Below, one piece after another: positions 18,759 through 26,748 of a DNA stretch of 64,000 nt. Position 1 is the first letter of the stretch. Every line of letters starts with the position of its first letter. The notes below the pieces were generated by a model. The model had not been told where the DNA came from, did no database searches, and was given only the letters and a program-made list of their open reading frames with translations. Position numbers and translations under genes: made by a program. The DNA is from an uncultured delta proteobacterium (GTDB taxonomy: Bacteria > Myxococcota > Myxococcia > Myxococcales > Myxococcaceae): positions 1,120,001-1,184,000 of the forward strand of contig CAVQKE010000003.1 of assembly GCA_963713045.1 (NCBI GenBank). Direction: 5' to 3'.

Positions 18759-19882
18759 CTCGCGCGCGCCGGCCGGAACTTGAGCAGCGTCACCGCAATG
18801 CCGCCATTGTTGATGGGGTGCACACCCTCCAAGGGCAAGCCCACCGCGCGCTCCAGCGCGCTGGGCGCATCGGTGAGGAGGGCCGAGCGCCAACCGGCAA
18901 ACCGGGTCCGCAACGCCTCGCCCACCGCTTCAAACACCGCCTCCCGCTCGGTCCGACTTCCCACCCGCTTGCCGTAGGGAAGGTTCGCCACCAGCAGTCC
19001 GGCTGGGACGGGGCCGGGGGTGAGGGTGCGAATGTCCGCGCGCGCCAGGGACAGCGAGTCGAGAACGCCGGCTCGACGTGCGTTGCGCCGCGCCGTCCCC
19101 AGCGCGCCGGCGTTGACGTCGGTTGCGTGAATGGGAGAAGGCGCCGAGGCGAGCGCCTCCCCAGCCGCGCGTGCCCTGCGCCGCCGCCAGGCGGCGAGGT
19201 CCGTGCCGGGCCAGCTTTCGAAGGCAAATCGGCGGCCCAGCCCTGGGGCCATCCGCCGGGCCCGCAGCGCTGCCTCCACCACCACTGTCCCTGAGCCACA
19301 CATTGGGTCCCACAGCGCCTCTTCGGGGTGCCAATCGGCCAGGGTCAGGAGTCCAGCGGCAAGCGTCTCGCGCAACGGCGCCCGACCCACCTCCTGACGC
19401 CAGCCACGCCGGTACAGCAGCTCCCCCGAGGCGTCGGCGCTCAGTGTCCCGCCGTCTTGCACCAGGCGCAGGACGAGGCATGTTCCCTCGGTGGCGCCCT
19501 GCACCGTGGCAGCATGCACGGTCCGCCCCCAAGCGCGAGTGAGCCACCTCCGCAGCGCCGGCTCCCGCGGTACGCCGGGCTGGTGCACCGTGGACTCAAG
19601 CCAGACAGGCGCGCCCTTGGCTGCCACGCTCGAGAGGTTGACGCTGGCCAAAGCCTCGGCCACGCCACCCCAGCCTCCGGGCGAAAGGTGCGCCAACCGG
19701 AGGAGCACGCGGTTGGCGGTGCGAAGTCGAAGGCAGGCCTCCTGGTGCACGCCAAAGGACCCGGCGAGTTCCACCCCGCCCACCACCTGCGTGACGTGGC
19801 CCAGCCTCTTCGCCTCTTCAACCAGTGCCCCCTCCAGGCCGGGCGTGGTGGAAGCGAAGCACTGCTGTTCGAAGGGAAGCAT
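18755..19882 (-). CDS. THUMP / UPF0020 RNA methyltransferase (RlmL-like)
   Basis: LRTANRVL, DASGELLYRRGWR, APLRETLAA, DPMCGSGT and ANLPYG motifs. Confidence 0.88.
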   Translation of the reverse strand: MLPFEQQCFASTTPGLEGALVEEAKRLGHVTQVVGGVELAGSFGVHQEACLRLRTANRVLLRLAHLSPGGWGGVAEALASVNLSSVAAKGAPVWLESTVHQPGVPREPALRRWLTRAWGRTVHAATVQGATEGTCLVLRLVQDGGTLSADASGELLYRRGWRQEVGRAPLRETLAAGLLTLADWHPEEALWDPMCGSGTVVVEAALRARRMAPGLGRRFAFESWPGTDLAAWRRRRARAAGEALASAPSPIHATDVNAGALGTARRNARRAGVLDSLSLARADIRTLTPGPVPAGLLVANLPYGKRVGSRTEREAVFEAVGEALRTRFAGWRSALLTDAPSALERAVGLPLEGVHPINNGGIAVTLLKFRPARAS

Positions 19883-19929
19883 CCTGGCCGTAAGGTGTTA
19901 TCAGCTACCGGCCAGGAGGGCCGTCTGCT

Positions 19930-20799
19930 GTGCCAGAACCCAAAGTCACCAAACCCAAGCCCTTCGAAGTCGTCGTGACCGAGGTCATTCAGGAGACCCC
20001 GGACACGGTGACGTTGGTGTTTCAGCCAGACCAGCCGGTGGAGTACCGAGCCGGACAGTTCGTCACCATTGACCCGCACCAATTCAAGCAGCTGGCCTCA
20101 AACACCGCCTATCTGGAGGAGCTGAAGGGAAAGAAGGAATTGGTCCGGGCTTATTCGGTTTGTTCGGCGCCGGGGGAGCCTTTGGCCATCACCATCAAGG
20201 AAGAGCCCTACCTCGCGAAGAATAGCCTCCACGCGCCGCTGCTCTCCCCCTACCTGACGTACGGCATTCACCCCGGGCTGCGGATGAAAGTGGTGGGCCT
20301 CACCGGGCCCTACACCTTGCCCGCAGACATTGAGCAGCGTGCCAAGCACGTGCTGCACGTGGTGGCGGGCTCGGGCGTCGTTCCAAATTTCAGCATCCTC
20401 AAAGACGCCCTCAGGCGTTACCCCGGCGTGCGCCACACCGTCGTCGACAGCAACAAGACGGCCGACGACATCATCTTCCGGGAGGAACTGCGCCGGCTGG
20501 AAGCGGAGTCCGCGGGCCGGCTGAAGGTGGTGCATTTTCTCACCCGACAGCCGGACATCTCGGCCATTCCGGGCGACGTCCGCGCCGGTCGCATCACCCG
20601 CGAGGCCTTGACGGCGCTGGCCGGGGAGGTGGAGCAAACCATCGCCTATGTGTGCGGTCCGGCCATCACCAGCTATGAGCGGCGTGCCGCCCTGGAGAAG
20701 GGCGTCTCGGCCGAGCCGCGCTTCTTGGAAACCACCATCGGGCACCTGCAGGCCATCGGCTTTCCCAACGAGCGCATCAAGCGCGAGTCCTTCGGCTGA
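19930..20799 (+). CDS. FNR-type FAD/NAD(P)-binding oxidoreductase without an Fe-S domain
   Basis: YRAGQF, RAYS, GPY, AGSGVVP and YVCGP motifs; ends ESFG. Confidence 0.88.
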   Translation: MPEPKVTKPKPFEVVVTEVIQETPDTVTLVFQPDQPVEYRAGQFVTIDPHQFKQLASNTAYLEELKGKKELVRAYSVCSAPGEPLAITIKEEPYLAKNSLHAPLLSPYLTYGIHPGLRMKVVGLTGPYTLPADIEQRAKHVLHVVAGSGVVPNFSILKDALRRYPGVRHTVVDSNKTADDIIFREELRRLEAESAGRLKVVHFLTRQPDISAIPGDVRAGRITREALTALAGEVEQTIAYVCGPAITSYERRAALEKGVSAEPRFLETTIGHLQAIGFPNERIKRESFG

Positions 20800-20808
20800 A
20801 GCCGCTGC

Positions 20809-22269
20809 CTAGCTGCGGAGCGCCCGGCCCTCGCGGAGCACCGCGTCCAGCAGCGCGTCGAAGTCCTCCCGCCGGCTGCGGTGGTTGACGATGGCCAGGC
20901 GAATGACGGTGCGACCACGCAGCTTGGTGGTGGACGGCACGGCCACACCGGACTCCTGGACGCGCATCACAATCTCGCTCTGCAGCGCGTCCAGCCGCTC
21001 TGGTGAAAGGCCGCCCTGGCCGACGTAACGGAAGGTGACGAGATTGAGTGGGACGGGCGCGGTGAGTTCCAGCTCGGGCTCTCGCAGCACCCGTTCCTTC
21101 ACAAAGGCCGCCTGCGCGACATTCATCTCGATGGCCCTGGCCAGCTTGGAGATGCCGTGCTGCTTCCAGGCCATCCAGATGCGCAGGCCGCGGAAACCCC
21201 GGGACAGCTCGGGTCCAAGCTCGTTCGCCGGGTAGTCGGCGGCAGCAACACCCCGGGGGAGCGGTGACAGGTAGGCCGCCTCCGTCTGGAAGGCGCGGTG
21301 GTGGGCCTCGGCGTCTCGCACCAGCAACACCCCGACGCCGTAGGGCGCGGCTCCCCACTTGTGCAGGTCCAGCGCCACCGAATGGGCGCGCTCCAGCCCC
21401 CGTACCTTGTCCCGAAGGCGAGGGGACACGGCGGCCAGCGCTCCAAAGGCGCCGTCGACGTGAAACCACAGCTTCCGGCGGGCAGCCAAATCGGCCATCG
21501 CCTCCAGCGGGTCGATGGCACCGGTATTCACCGTGCCACAGCTGCCGACGATGCAGAAGGGACGCAGTCCTCGGCCGACGTCGTCGTCAATCCGCTCCTC
21601 GAGGTCCTCCACCCGCATCCGGAAATCCGGGCCGGTCGGGACACGCCGCAACGCCGTCGAGCCCAGGCCCAGCACCATCAGGGCGCGCTGGACAGCGGTG
21701 TGCACCTGGTCCGAGGCATAGGCCACCAACCGGTAGCGGCTGGCCTGCACGCCCTCCACGTTGACGTCGACGCCCGCGTATTCATCCCGCGCCACCTGCA
21801 GGGCGATGAGGTTGGCCATGCTGCAGCCGCTGGTCAGCAGCCCGCTGGCCGTCTCTGGGAAGCCGAGCAGCGCCTTCAGCCAGCGAAGCACCTGGGCTTC
21901 GACATGCACCGCAGAGCTCTCCAGGCCGGAGAGGTTGTTATTCATGGCAGCCGCGGCAAACTCAGCCAGTGCCCCCATCGGGGTCCCGGTTCCCATCACC
22001 CGGGCGAAGAAGCGGGGGTGAATGTTTCCCAGCCGATAGGGCAGCACCGTCTCCAGGAATTCCCGGTGCACTGCTTCCGGGCGACTCCCTTCCATGGGCG
22101 CGGGCGTGCGGAAGGTGCGCTTCACCGCGTCCGGCAGGGGCCTCCACGCCGGCTGCTCACGCACCGTGCGCAATGCGTCGAGCAACTCGTCCACCAGCGC
22201 GTGGCCCACCGAGCGCACTGCTTCCCAGTCCTCGGGGTCGAGACCGCCCTCGTCCTCGGGGGCAGTCAT
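20809..22269 (-). CDS. Group II PLP-dependent amino-acid decarboxylase (AADC-like)
   Basis: HPRFF, SGCSMAN, GTVNTGAIDPL, WFHVDGAFG, DLHKW (PLP lysine) and ELSR motifs. Confidence 0.93.
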   Translation of the reverse strand: MTAPEDEGGLDPEDWEAVRSVGHALVDELLDALRTVREQPAWRPLPDAVKRTFRTPAPMEGSRPEAVHREFLETVLPYRLGNIHPRFFARVMGTGTPMGALAEFAAAAMNNNLSGLESSAVHVEAQVLRWLKALLGFPETASGLLTSGCSMANLIALQVARDEYAGVDVNVEGVQASRYRLVAYASDQVHTAVQRALMVLGLGSTALRRVPTGPDFRMRVEDLEERIDDDVGRGLRPFCIVGSCGTVNTGAIDPLEAMADLAARRKLWFHVDGAFGALAAVSPRLRDKVRGLERAHSVALDLHKWGAAPYGVGVLLVRDAEAHHRAFQTEAAYLSPLPRGVAAADYPANELGPELSRGFRGLRIWMAWKQHGISKLARAIEMNVAQAAFVKERVLREPELELTAPVPLNLVTFRYVGQGGLSPERLDALQSEIVMRVQESGVAVPSTTKLRGRTVIRLAIVNHRSRREDFDALLDAVLREGRALRS

Positions 22270-22297
22270 CCCGGCTGTCCCCTCAAGGGCCGCGGCG

Positions 22298-23110
22298 TCA
22301 CGAGGGCCTGGCCCGCGCGCCCAGCATCTTGACCAGCTTCGGCGCCGCGCCGGTCTCGGCCAACAGGCGCTCCAGCCGCTGGCGGGCGCCGACGTCCTCC
22401 CGCCGGACTTTTTTTCCGAGGAGAAGTTCGTTCTTCAAGGAGTGTTCCCAGCCGGTCAGTTCGGTCACGGTGACGGAGTAGCCGTGCGCTTCCAGCGCCA
22501 GCGCCCGAATGACGTTGGTGAGGTGCGAGCCAAACTCGCGTCGGTGCCAGGGGTGCTCGGCCAGTGCGGCCAGCGCTGGCGAGGAAGGTGGCCGGTCCTT
22601 CAGCTGGCGCGCCACCTCGGCCTGGCAGCAGGGCACCACCGCGACATGGTCGGCTTGGTGGGTAATCGCGGCCAGCAACGCGTCGTCGGTGGCGGTGTCA
22701 CAGGCATGGAGCGCGGCCACCAGGTGAATGCGGTCAGGCCAAGGCGCCTCGCTCAGCGGCGCAGTGACGAAGCGCATCCGCTGGTACCCGAGGCGTTCGG
22801 CTCGCCGCTCGGCCTGGGCGGTCAGCTCGGGCCGGGAGTCGATGCACAACAGGGTGCCCTTGTCCGCCGGCTTGAAGAAGATTTCATAGAGGATGAAGCC
22901 GAGGTAGGCGTTGCCGCTGCCGGCATCCACCACCACCGGGTCTCCGAAGCGCGAAAGGACGTCCTCCACAGCGGGCCGCAGCAGCCCGACCAGGTGGTTG
23001 ACTTGCTTCAACTTGCGAAGCGCGTCGGCGTTGAGGTGGCCGTCGCGGGTGAGGAGGTGCAGCTCCTTCAGCAGCGCCGGGCTCTGCTCGGCGAGCAGCT
23101 CCCGGTGCAC
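22298..23110 (-). CDS. SAM-dependent methyltransferase (Methyltransf_32 type)
   Basis: KLKQVNH, DAGSGNAYLGF, ALHACDTATD, VPCCQ and EHSLKN motifs. Confidence 0.88.
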   Translation of the reverse strand: MHRELLAEQSPALLKELHLLTRDGHLNADALRKLKQVNHLVGLLRPAVEDVLSRFGDPVVVDAGSGNAYLGFILYEIFFKPADKGTLLCIDSRPELTAQAERRAERLGYQRMRFVTAPLSEAPWPDRIHLVAALHACDTATDDALLAAITHQADHVAVVPCCQAEVARQLKDRPPSSPALAALAEHPWHRREFGSHLTNVIRALALEAHGYSVTVTELTGWEHSLKNELLLGKKVRREDVGARQRLERLLAETGAAPKLVKMLGARARPS

Positions 23111-23133
23111 CAGGGGCGCTTTGACCTGTCGCC

Positions 23134-23697
23134 TCAGACGGGCATGACCTCGATGACTTCCGGCACCGCTTCACGGAGACGGTTCTCGATGCCCATCTTG
23201 AGCGTCATGGTGGAGCTCGGGCAGCCGCTGCAGGAGCCGCGCATGTGGAGATAGACAATGCCGGCCTCGAAGCGGTCGAGCGTAATGTCGCCGCCGTCCT
23301 GCATCACCGCCGGGCGAATCTCGAGGTCGAGAATCTCTCGAATCTTTCGCTCCACCTCCCCGTCACTCGCCCCGTGCCCGTTGGCCGTCTCCTGCAGGGC
23401 GGCCTCGCTGAGGACCGCCTGGTTGCTGCCGAGATGGCTGTCCAGGGTGGACATCACCTGGTCGTTGAGGGAGTCCCACTCCCCCTCCTCGCCCTTGGTC
23501 ACGGTGACGAAGTTGCTTCCCAGCATGACGCCGGTGACGCCGTCGATGGCCATCAACTTGGAGGCCAGCGGCGAACGCGCCTCCACCCCTTCCTTGCTGG
23601 TGAAATTCATCGCGCCGCGAGGCATCAAGGTGCGGTCCACCACGTACTTCAGGGTGCTCGGGTTGGGGGTCCACTCGAGTTGGATGTTGACGGACAT
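23134..23697 (-). CDS. Nfu-type Fe-S cluster carrier (Nfu N-terminal domain plus NifU C-terminal domain)
   Basis: TPNPSTLKY, SPLA, NFVTVTK, IRPAVMQDGGD and GSCSGCPSS (CxxC) motifs. Confidence 0.93.
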   Translation of the reverse strand: MSVNIQLEWTPNPSTLKYVVDRTLMPRGAMNFTSKEGVEARSPLASKLMAIDGVTGVMLGSNFVTVTKGEEGEWDSLNDQVMSTLDSHLGSNQAVLSEAALQETANGHGASDGEVERKIREILDLEIRPAVMQDGGDITLDRFEAGIVYLHMRGSCSGCPSSTMTLKMGIENRLREAVPEVIEVMPV

Positions 23698-23745
23698 AGG
23701 CAAAAGCTCCTCGGGTACTTCACATAAGCGTCCGGGCACGCAACT

Positions 23746-24768
23746 TCAAGCTGCCGGCGGTCCCACCGACGACTCCGGGACAAGGCCGAAGTCGAGCGCG
23801 GCCAGCTCGGCTTCGGACAACAGGCCGGAGGGGGGCTGCGAAAGGGGCAGCACCGACAACTCGGGCCGGGCCAGCAGCAGGTCGGCGGCCCGCAGGTTGC
23901 GGACCAGCTGCCGCGCCATGCCTTCCACCAGCTGGAAGGCGAAGCGGTTGCCTGAAGAGAAAAGCTGCTCAAAGTCTTCCCGGGAAAGGCGAAGCAGACG
24001 GGTCGGCCCGTCGGTGACGCAGCTGGCCGAGCGCGGGCCGCCGTCGATGAGGGCCACCATTCCAAACACTTCGCCCGGCTCGAGGCGGGCGAGTGTGAAG
24101 CCGCTGCGCAGCACCCGTACCGCGCCGGAGACGATGAAGTAAGCCGCGTCGCCGGCCTCCCCTTCGCCGCACACCGCGGTGGCATCCGCCACCTCGAGGC
24201 GTCCCAACTTTTGGGCGAGCGCCAGCTTCACCACCCGGGGAAGATTTCGAAAGGCGGCGACCTGGTCGAGGAGCTCCGGTTCCGTCCGTTCGGTCACCAA
24301 GGCCACCGCGGCTCGCGACTCCCGGCGGCTCGGTGCCACCAACCGGTCCGTGGTCCCGCGCAGTCGCGCACAAAGCTCGAGGCAGATTTTTCGGAGCAGC
24401 TGAAAGGCCGCTGGGTGGTAGGCATCTCTCAGGGCATAGAAGTCGCTGGCCGCCATGACGGTGGCCGCGCCGCCGACCAGCACTCGGGCGGTGCCGGAGC
24501 GGGGTCCCTCGTCGACCAGGGCCATTTCCCCCACCGTGTCTCCGGGGCCGAGGCGGGCCACCAGCAGCTGTCCAGGCGCTGTCCCGGTGTGGCTGACCGA
24601 CACTTCTGCCCCGGTGTGCAACACCCACAGCCAGTCGCAGGGCTTGCCCTCTTCGAAGAGAACTTGCCCCGGCTCCAGCATCACCGGGTGAAAAAGGCGT
24701 TCCAGCGCACCGGCCTGCCCTGGCTCGACAAGCGAAAGCAGCGGGGCTGAAAAAACCTGGAAGGACAT
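23746..24768 (-). CDS. Tandem cyclic-nucleotide-binding domain protein
   Basis: Two phosphate-binding cassettes, GEMALVDEGPRSGT and GMVALIDGGPRSAS; no HTH recognised. Confidence 0.9.
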   Translation of the reverse strand: MSFQVFSAPLLSLVEPGQAGALERLFHPVMLEPGQVLFEEGKPCDWLWVLHTGAEVSVSHTGTAPGQLLVARLGPGDTVGEMALVDEGPRSGTARVLVGGAATVMAASDFYALRDAYHPAAFQLLRKICLELCARLRGTTDRLVAPSRRESRAAVALVTERTEPELLDQVAAFRNLPRVVKLALAQKLGRLEVADATAVCGEGEAGDAAYFIVSGAVRVLRSGFTLARLEPGEVFGMVALIDGGPRSASCVTDGPTRLLRLSREDFEQLFSSGNRFAFQLVEGMARQLVRNLRAADLLLARPELSVLPLSQPPSGLLSEAELAALDFGLVPESSVGPPAA

Positions 24769-24854
24769 GGCGGCTGGAAGGGGGTGCGTCGGGACTGGTT
24801 ATCCGCTGTCCAGCGTGGCCAGCGCAAACATCGCCCCCGCGGGACGGCCGTTGC

Positions 24855-26576
24855 TCAGCGGTAGGCCCACTGCCATTCCTTCTGGCCTGGCTCGATGACA
24901 ACTTCCTTCCTCCAGTTGGAGGGGCCGCGGACTTCCACTTGGTGCTTGCCGACCGTCAACTCGTACTCCGCCTTGCCTTCCTGCTTTCGCTGAAGCTTGC
25001 CGTCAATGTAGACGTCCCCCGCTGGGCTGACGGTCAGCACCAAGGTGCCTGGCGCCGCCGACGGCAGTTGCTTGGGCGCCCCCTGAAGCGGCCCATTCGA
25101 CGTGGAGGGCGAGGCCTTGGGAGGCTTTCGGTGTCGCACCGAGGCCACCTTCTTCGGCGCCTCGGGGGTCGCCGGTGCCTCCGGCGGAAGCGGCGGCGGC
25201 GGTTGGACTGGCGGGGGTGGAGTCGGCTTGGGGATTTCGCTCACCGGCGTTGGTGCCGGTGTCGGTGGCGGCGCTGGCTTCAGTTTTGGGCCTAAGACGA
25301 GCGCCAGCAGCAGTCCCACCGCCAACAGGCCAGCAACGACACCTCCCAGCAGGAGGACCGGCTTCCGCCGCCGCGTCGGGCGCGCCGTCGGCCGAGTCGA
25401 GGGCTCCTCGATGGCGTCATGCAGTGCGATGGGGGTGCGAGCCGTCGCGCCATCCCAGGCCACATCCGAAGCCGTGTCCCGAGAGTATCGCGACCCTGCG
25501 GGTGCGAGGACCGACGCCGGGGGACCACTGGCCGGGGCAGTCCGCGCCGCAGTGCTCCCCGGCGTGACTGGCGGGCCTCCGGTGTGGCCAGTGGCCAGCC
25601 GGCCGGCTCGGCCGTCCAGACGGAATTCGGTGCTTTCGGTCTGTGCCGCCTCGATGGGGAAGACAGCGTGCATCCAGGCAGCGACGTCGGTGTCCTCCGG
25701 CCCGGCGGCGCTGCTGGCCAGGTAGCGGCTGAGCGCGCGCTCCAGCTCTTGCGCCGTTTGAAACCTGGCGGCTTTGTCCCGCTCCAGGCAGCGCATGACG
25801 ATGGCGCTGAGGGTCGAGTCGACCCGAGGGTTCAATTGCTCGGGCGGCACCACCGCACGCTCTTGCACCGCGTTGAGGACTGCGACGTCGCTGTCGGCGT
25901 CAAAAAGTCGTCCGCCGCTGAGCAACTCCCAGAAGGTGATGCCCAGGGCGAAAATGTCGGTGCGACAGTCCACCGGTTGGCCACGCGACTGCTCGGGCGA
26001 CATGTAGGCGAACTTCCCCTTCAGCACGCCGACGGTGCTGGCCCGCGTCCCGGCCTTGGCGATTCCGAAGTCCGTCAGCTTCACCGCCCCCTCATAGGAG
26101 AGCAGGACGTTCTGCGGCGTCACGTCGCGGTGGACCAACCCCAGCGGCTGACCGTGCTCCGTCAGCCGGTGCGCGAAACTTAATCCCCGGGCGACCTCGC
26201 TCACCACTTGCGCTGCCAGCACTGGCGTGAGGGCGACACTCAGCTCGCGTGAGCGCTGGTGGGCCTGCGCCAGGGACTTGCCGCGGATGTACTCCATCGC
26301 GATGTAGAAGGTGTCTTCGTGGGAGTCGAAGTCGAAGATTTGAACGATGTTGGCATGGTTCAAGCGGCTGACCAGCCGCGCCTCCGCGACGAACATCTCG
26401 ACGAAGGCCGCATCCTCGGCAAACTGCGGGCGGATGCGCTTGATGATGATTTGCTTCTCGAAGCCTTCCGGACCGAAGGAACTGGCGAGAAATATCTCCG
26501 CCATGCCGCCTTCAGCGAGCTTGCGCTGGATGACGTATTTCCCAACGCGGGTTCCGGCCGGCAGCGACACGTGCAC
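24855..26576 (-). CDS. Membrane-anchored Ser/Thr protein kinase with a C-terminal PEGA-like domain
   Basis: LAEGGMAEIF, HRDVTPQN, DFG and GKFAYMSPE motifs; TM helix, Pro-rich linker, GTLVLTVSPAGDVYIDG. Confidence 0.95.
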   Translation of the reverse strand: MHVSLPAGTRVGKYVIQRKLAEGGMAEIFLASSFGPEGFEKQIIIKRIRPQFAEDAAFVEMFVAEARLVSRLNHANIVQIFDFDSHEDTFYIAMEYIRGKSLAQAHQRSRELSVALTPVLAAQVVSEVARGLSFAHRLTEHGQPLGLVHRDVTPQNVLLSYEGAVKLTDFGIAKAGTRASTVGVLKGKFAYMSPEQSRGQPVDCRTDIFALGITFWELLSGGRLFDADSDVAVLNAVQERAVVPPEQLNPRVDSTLSAIVMRCLERDKAARFQTAQELERALSRYLASSAAGPEDTDVAAWMHAVFPIEAAQTESTEFRLDGRAGRLATGHTGGPPVTPGSTAARTAPASGPPASVLAPAGSRYSRDTASDVAWDGATARTPIALHDAIEEPSTRPTARPTRRRKPVLLLGGVVAGLLAVGLLLALVLGPKLKPAPPPTPAPTPVSEIPKPTPPPPVQPPPPLPPEAPATPEAPKKVASVRHRKPPKASPSTSNGPLQGAPKQLPSAAPGTLVLTVSPAGDVYIDGKLQRKQEGKAEYELTVGKHQVEVRGPSNWRKEVVIEPGQKEWQWAYR

Positions 26577-26748
26577 CCCACCTTGTGCCAGCGGTGGGTT
26601 TTAACACGCTCGCCTTGCCGCCAAACGCCTCGTCAGGGGGCACAGCCCCATCGGCACCCCTGGAAAAACCGGCCCGCCGACTCGCCGCGACCCCGGGTTC
26701 GCGTCGCCGGAGGCCGCCGCCCGGTGCAAACGGCCGAAGCGGTGCGGC

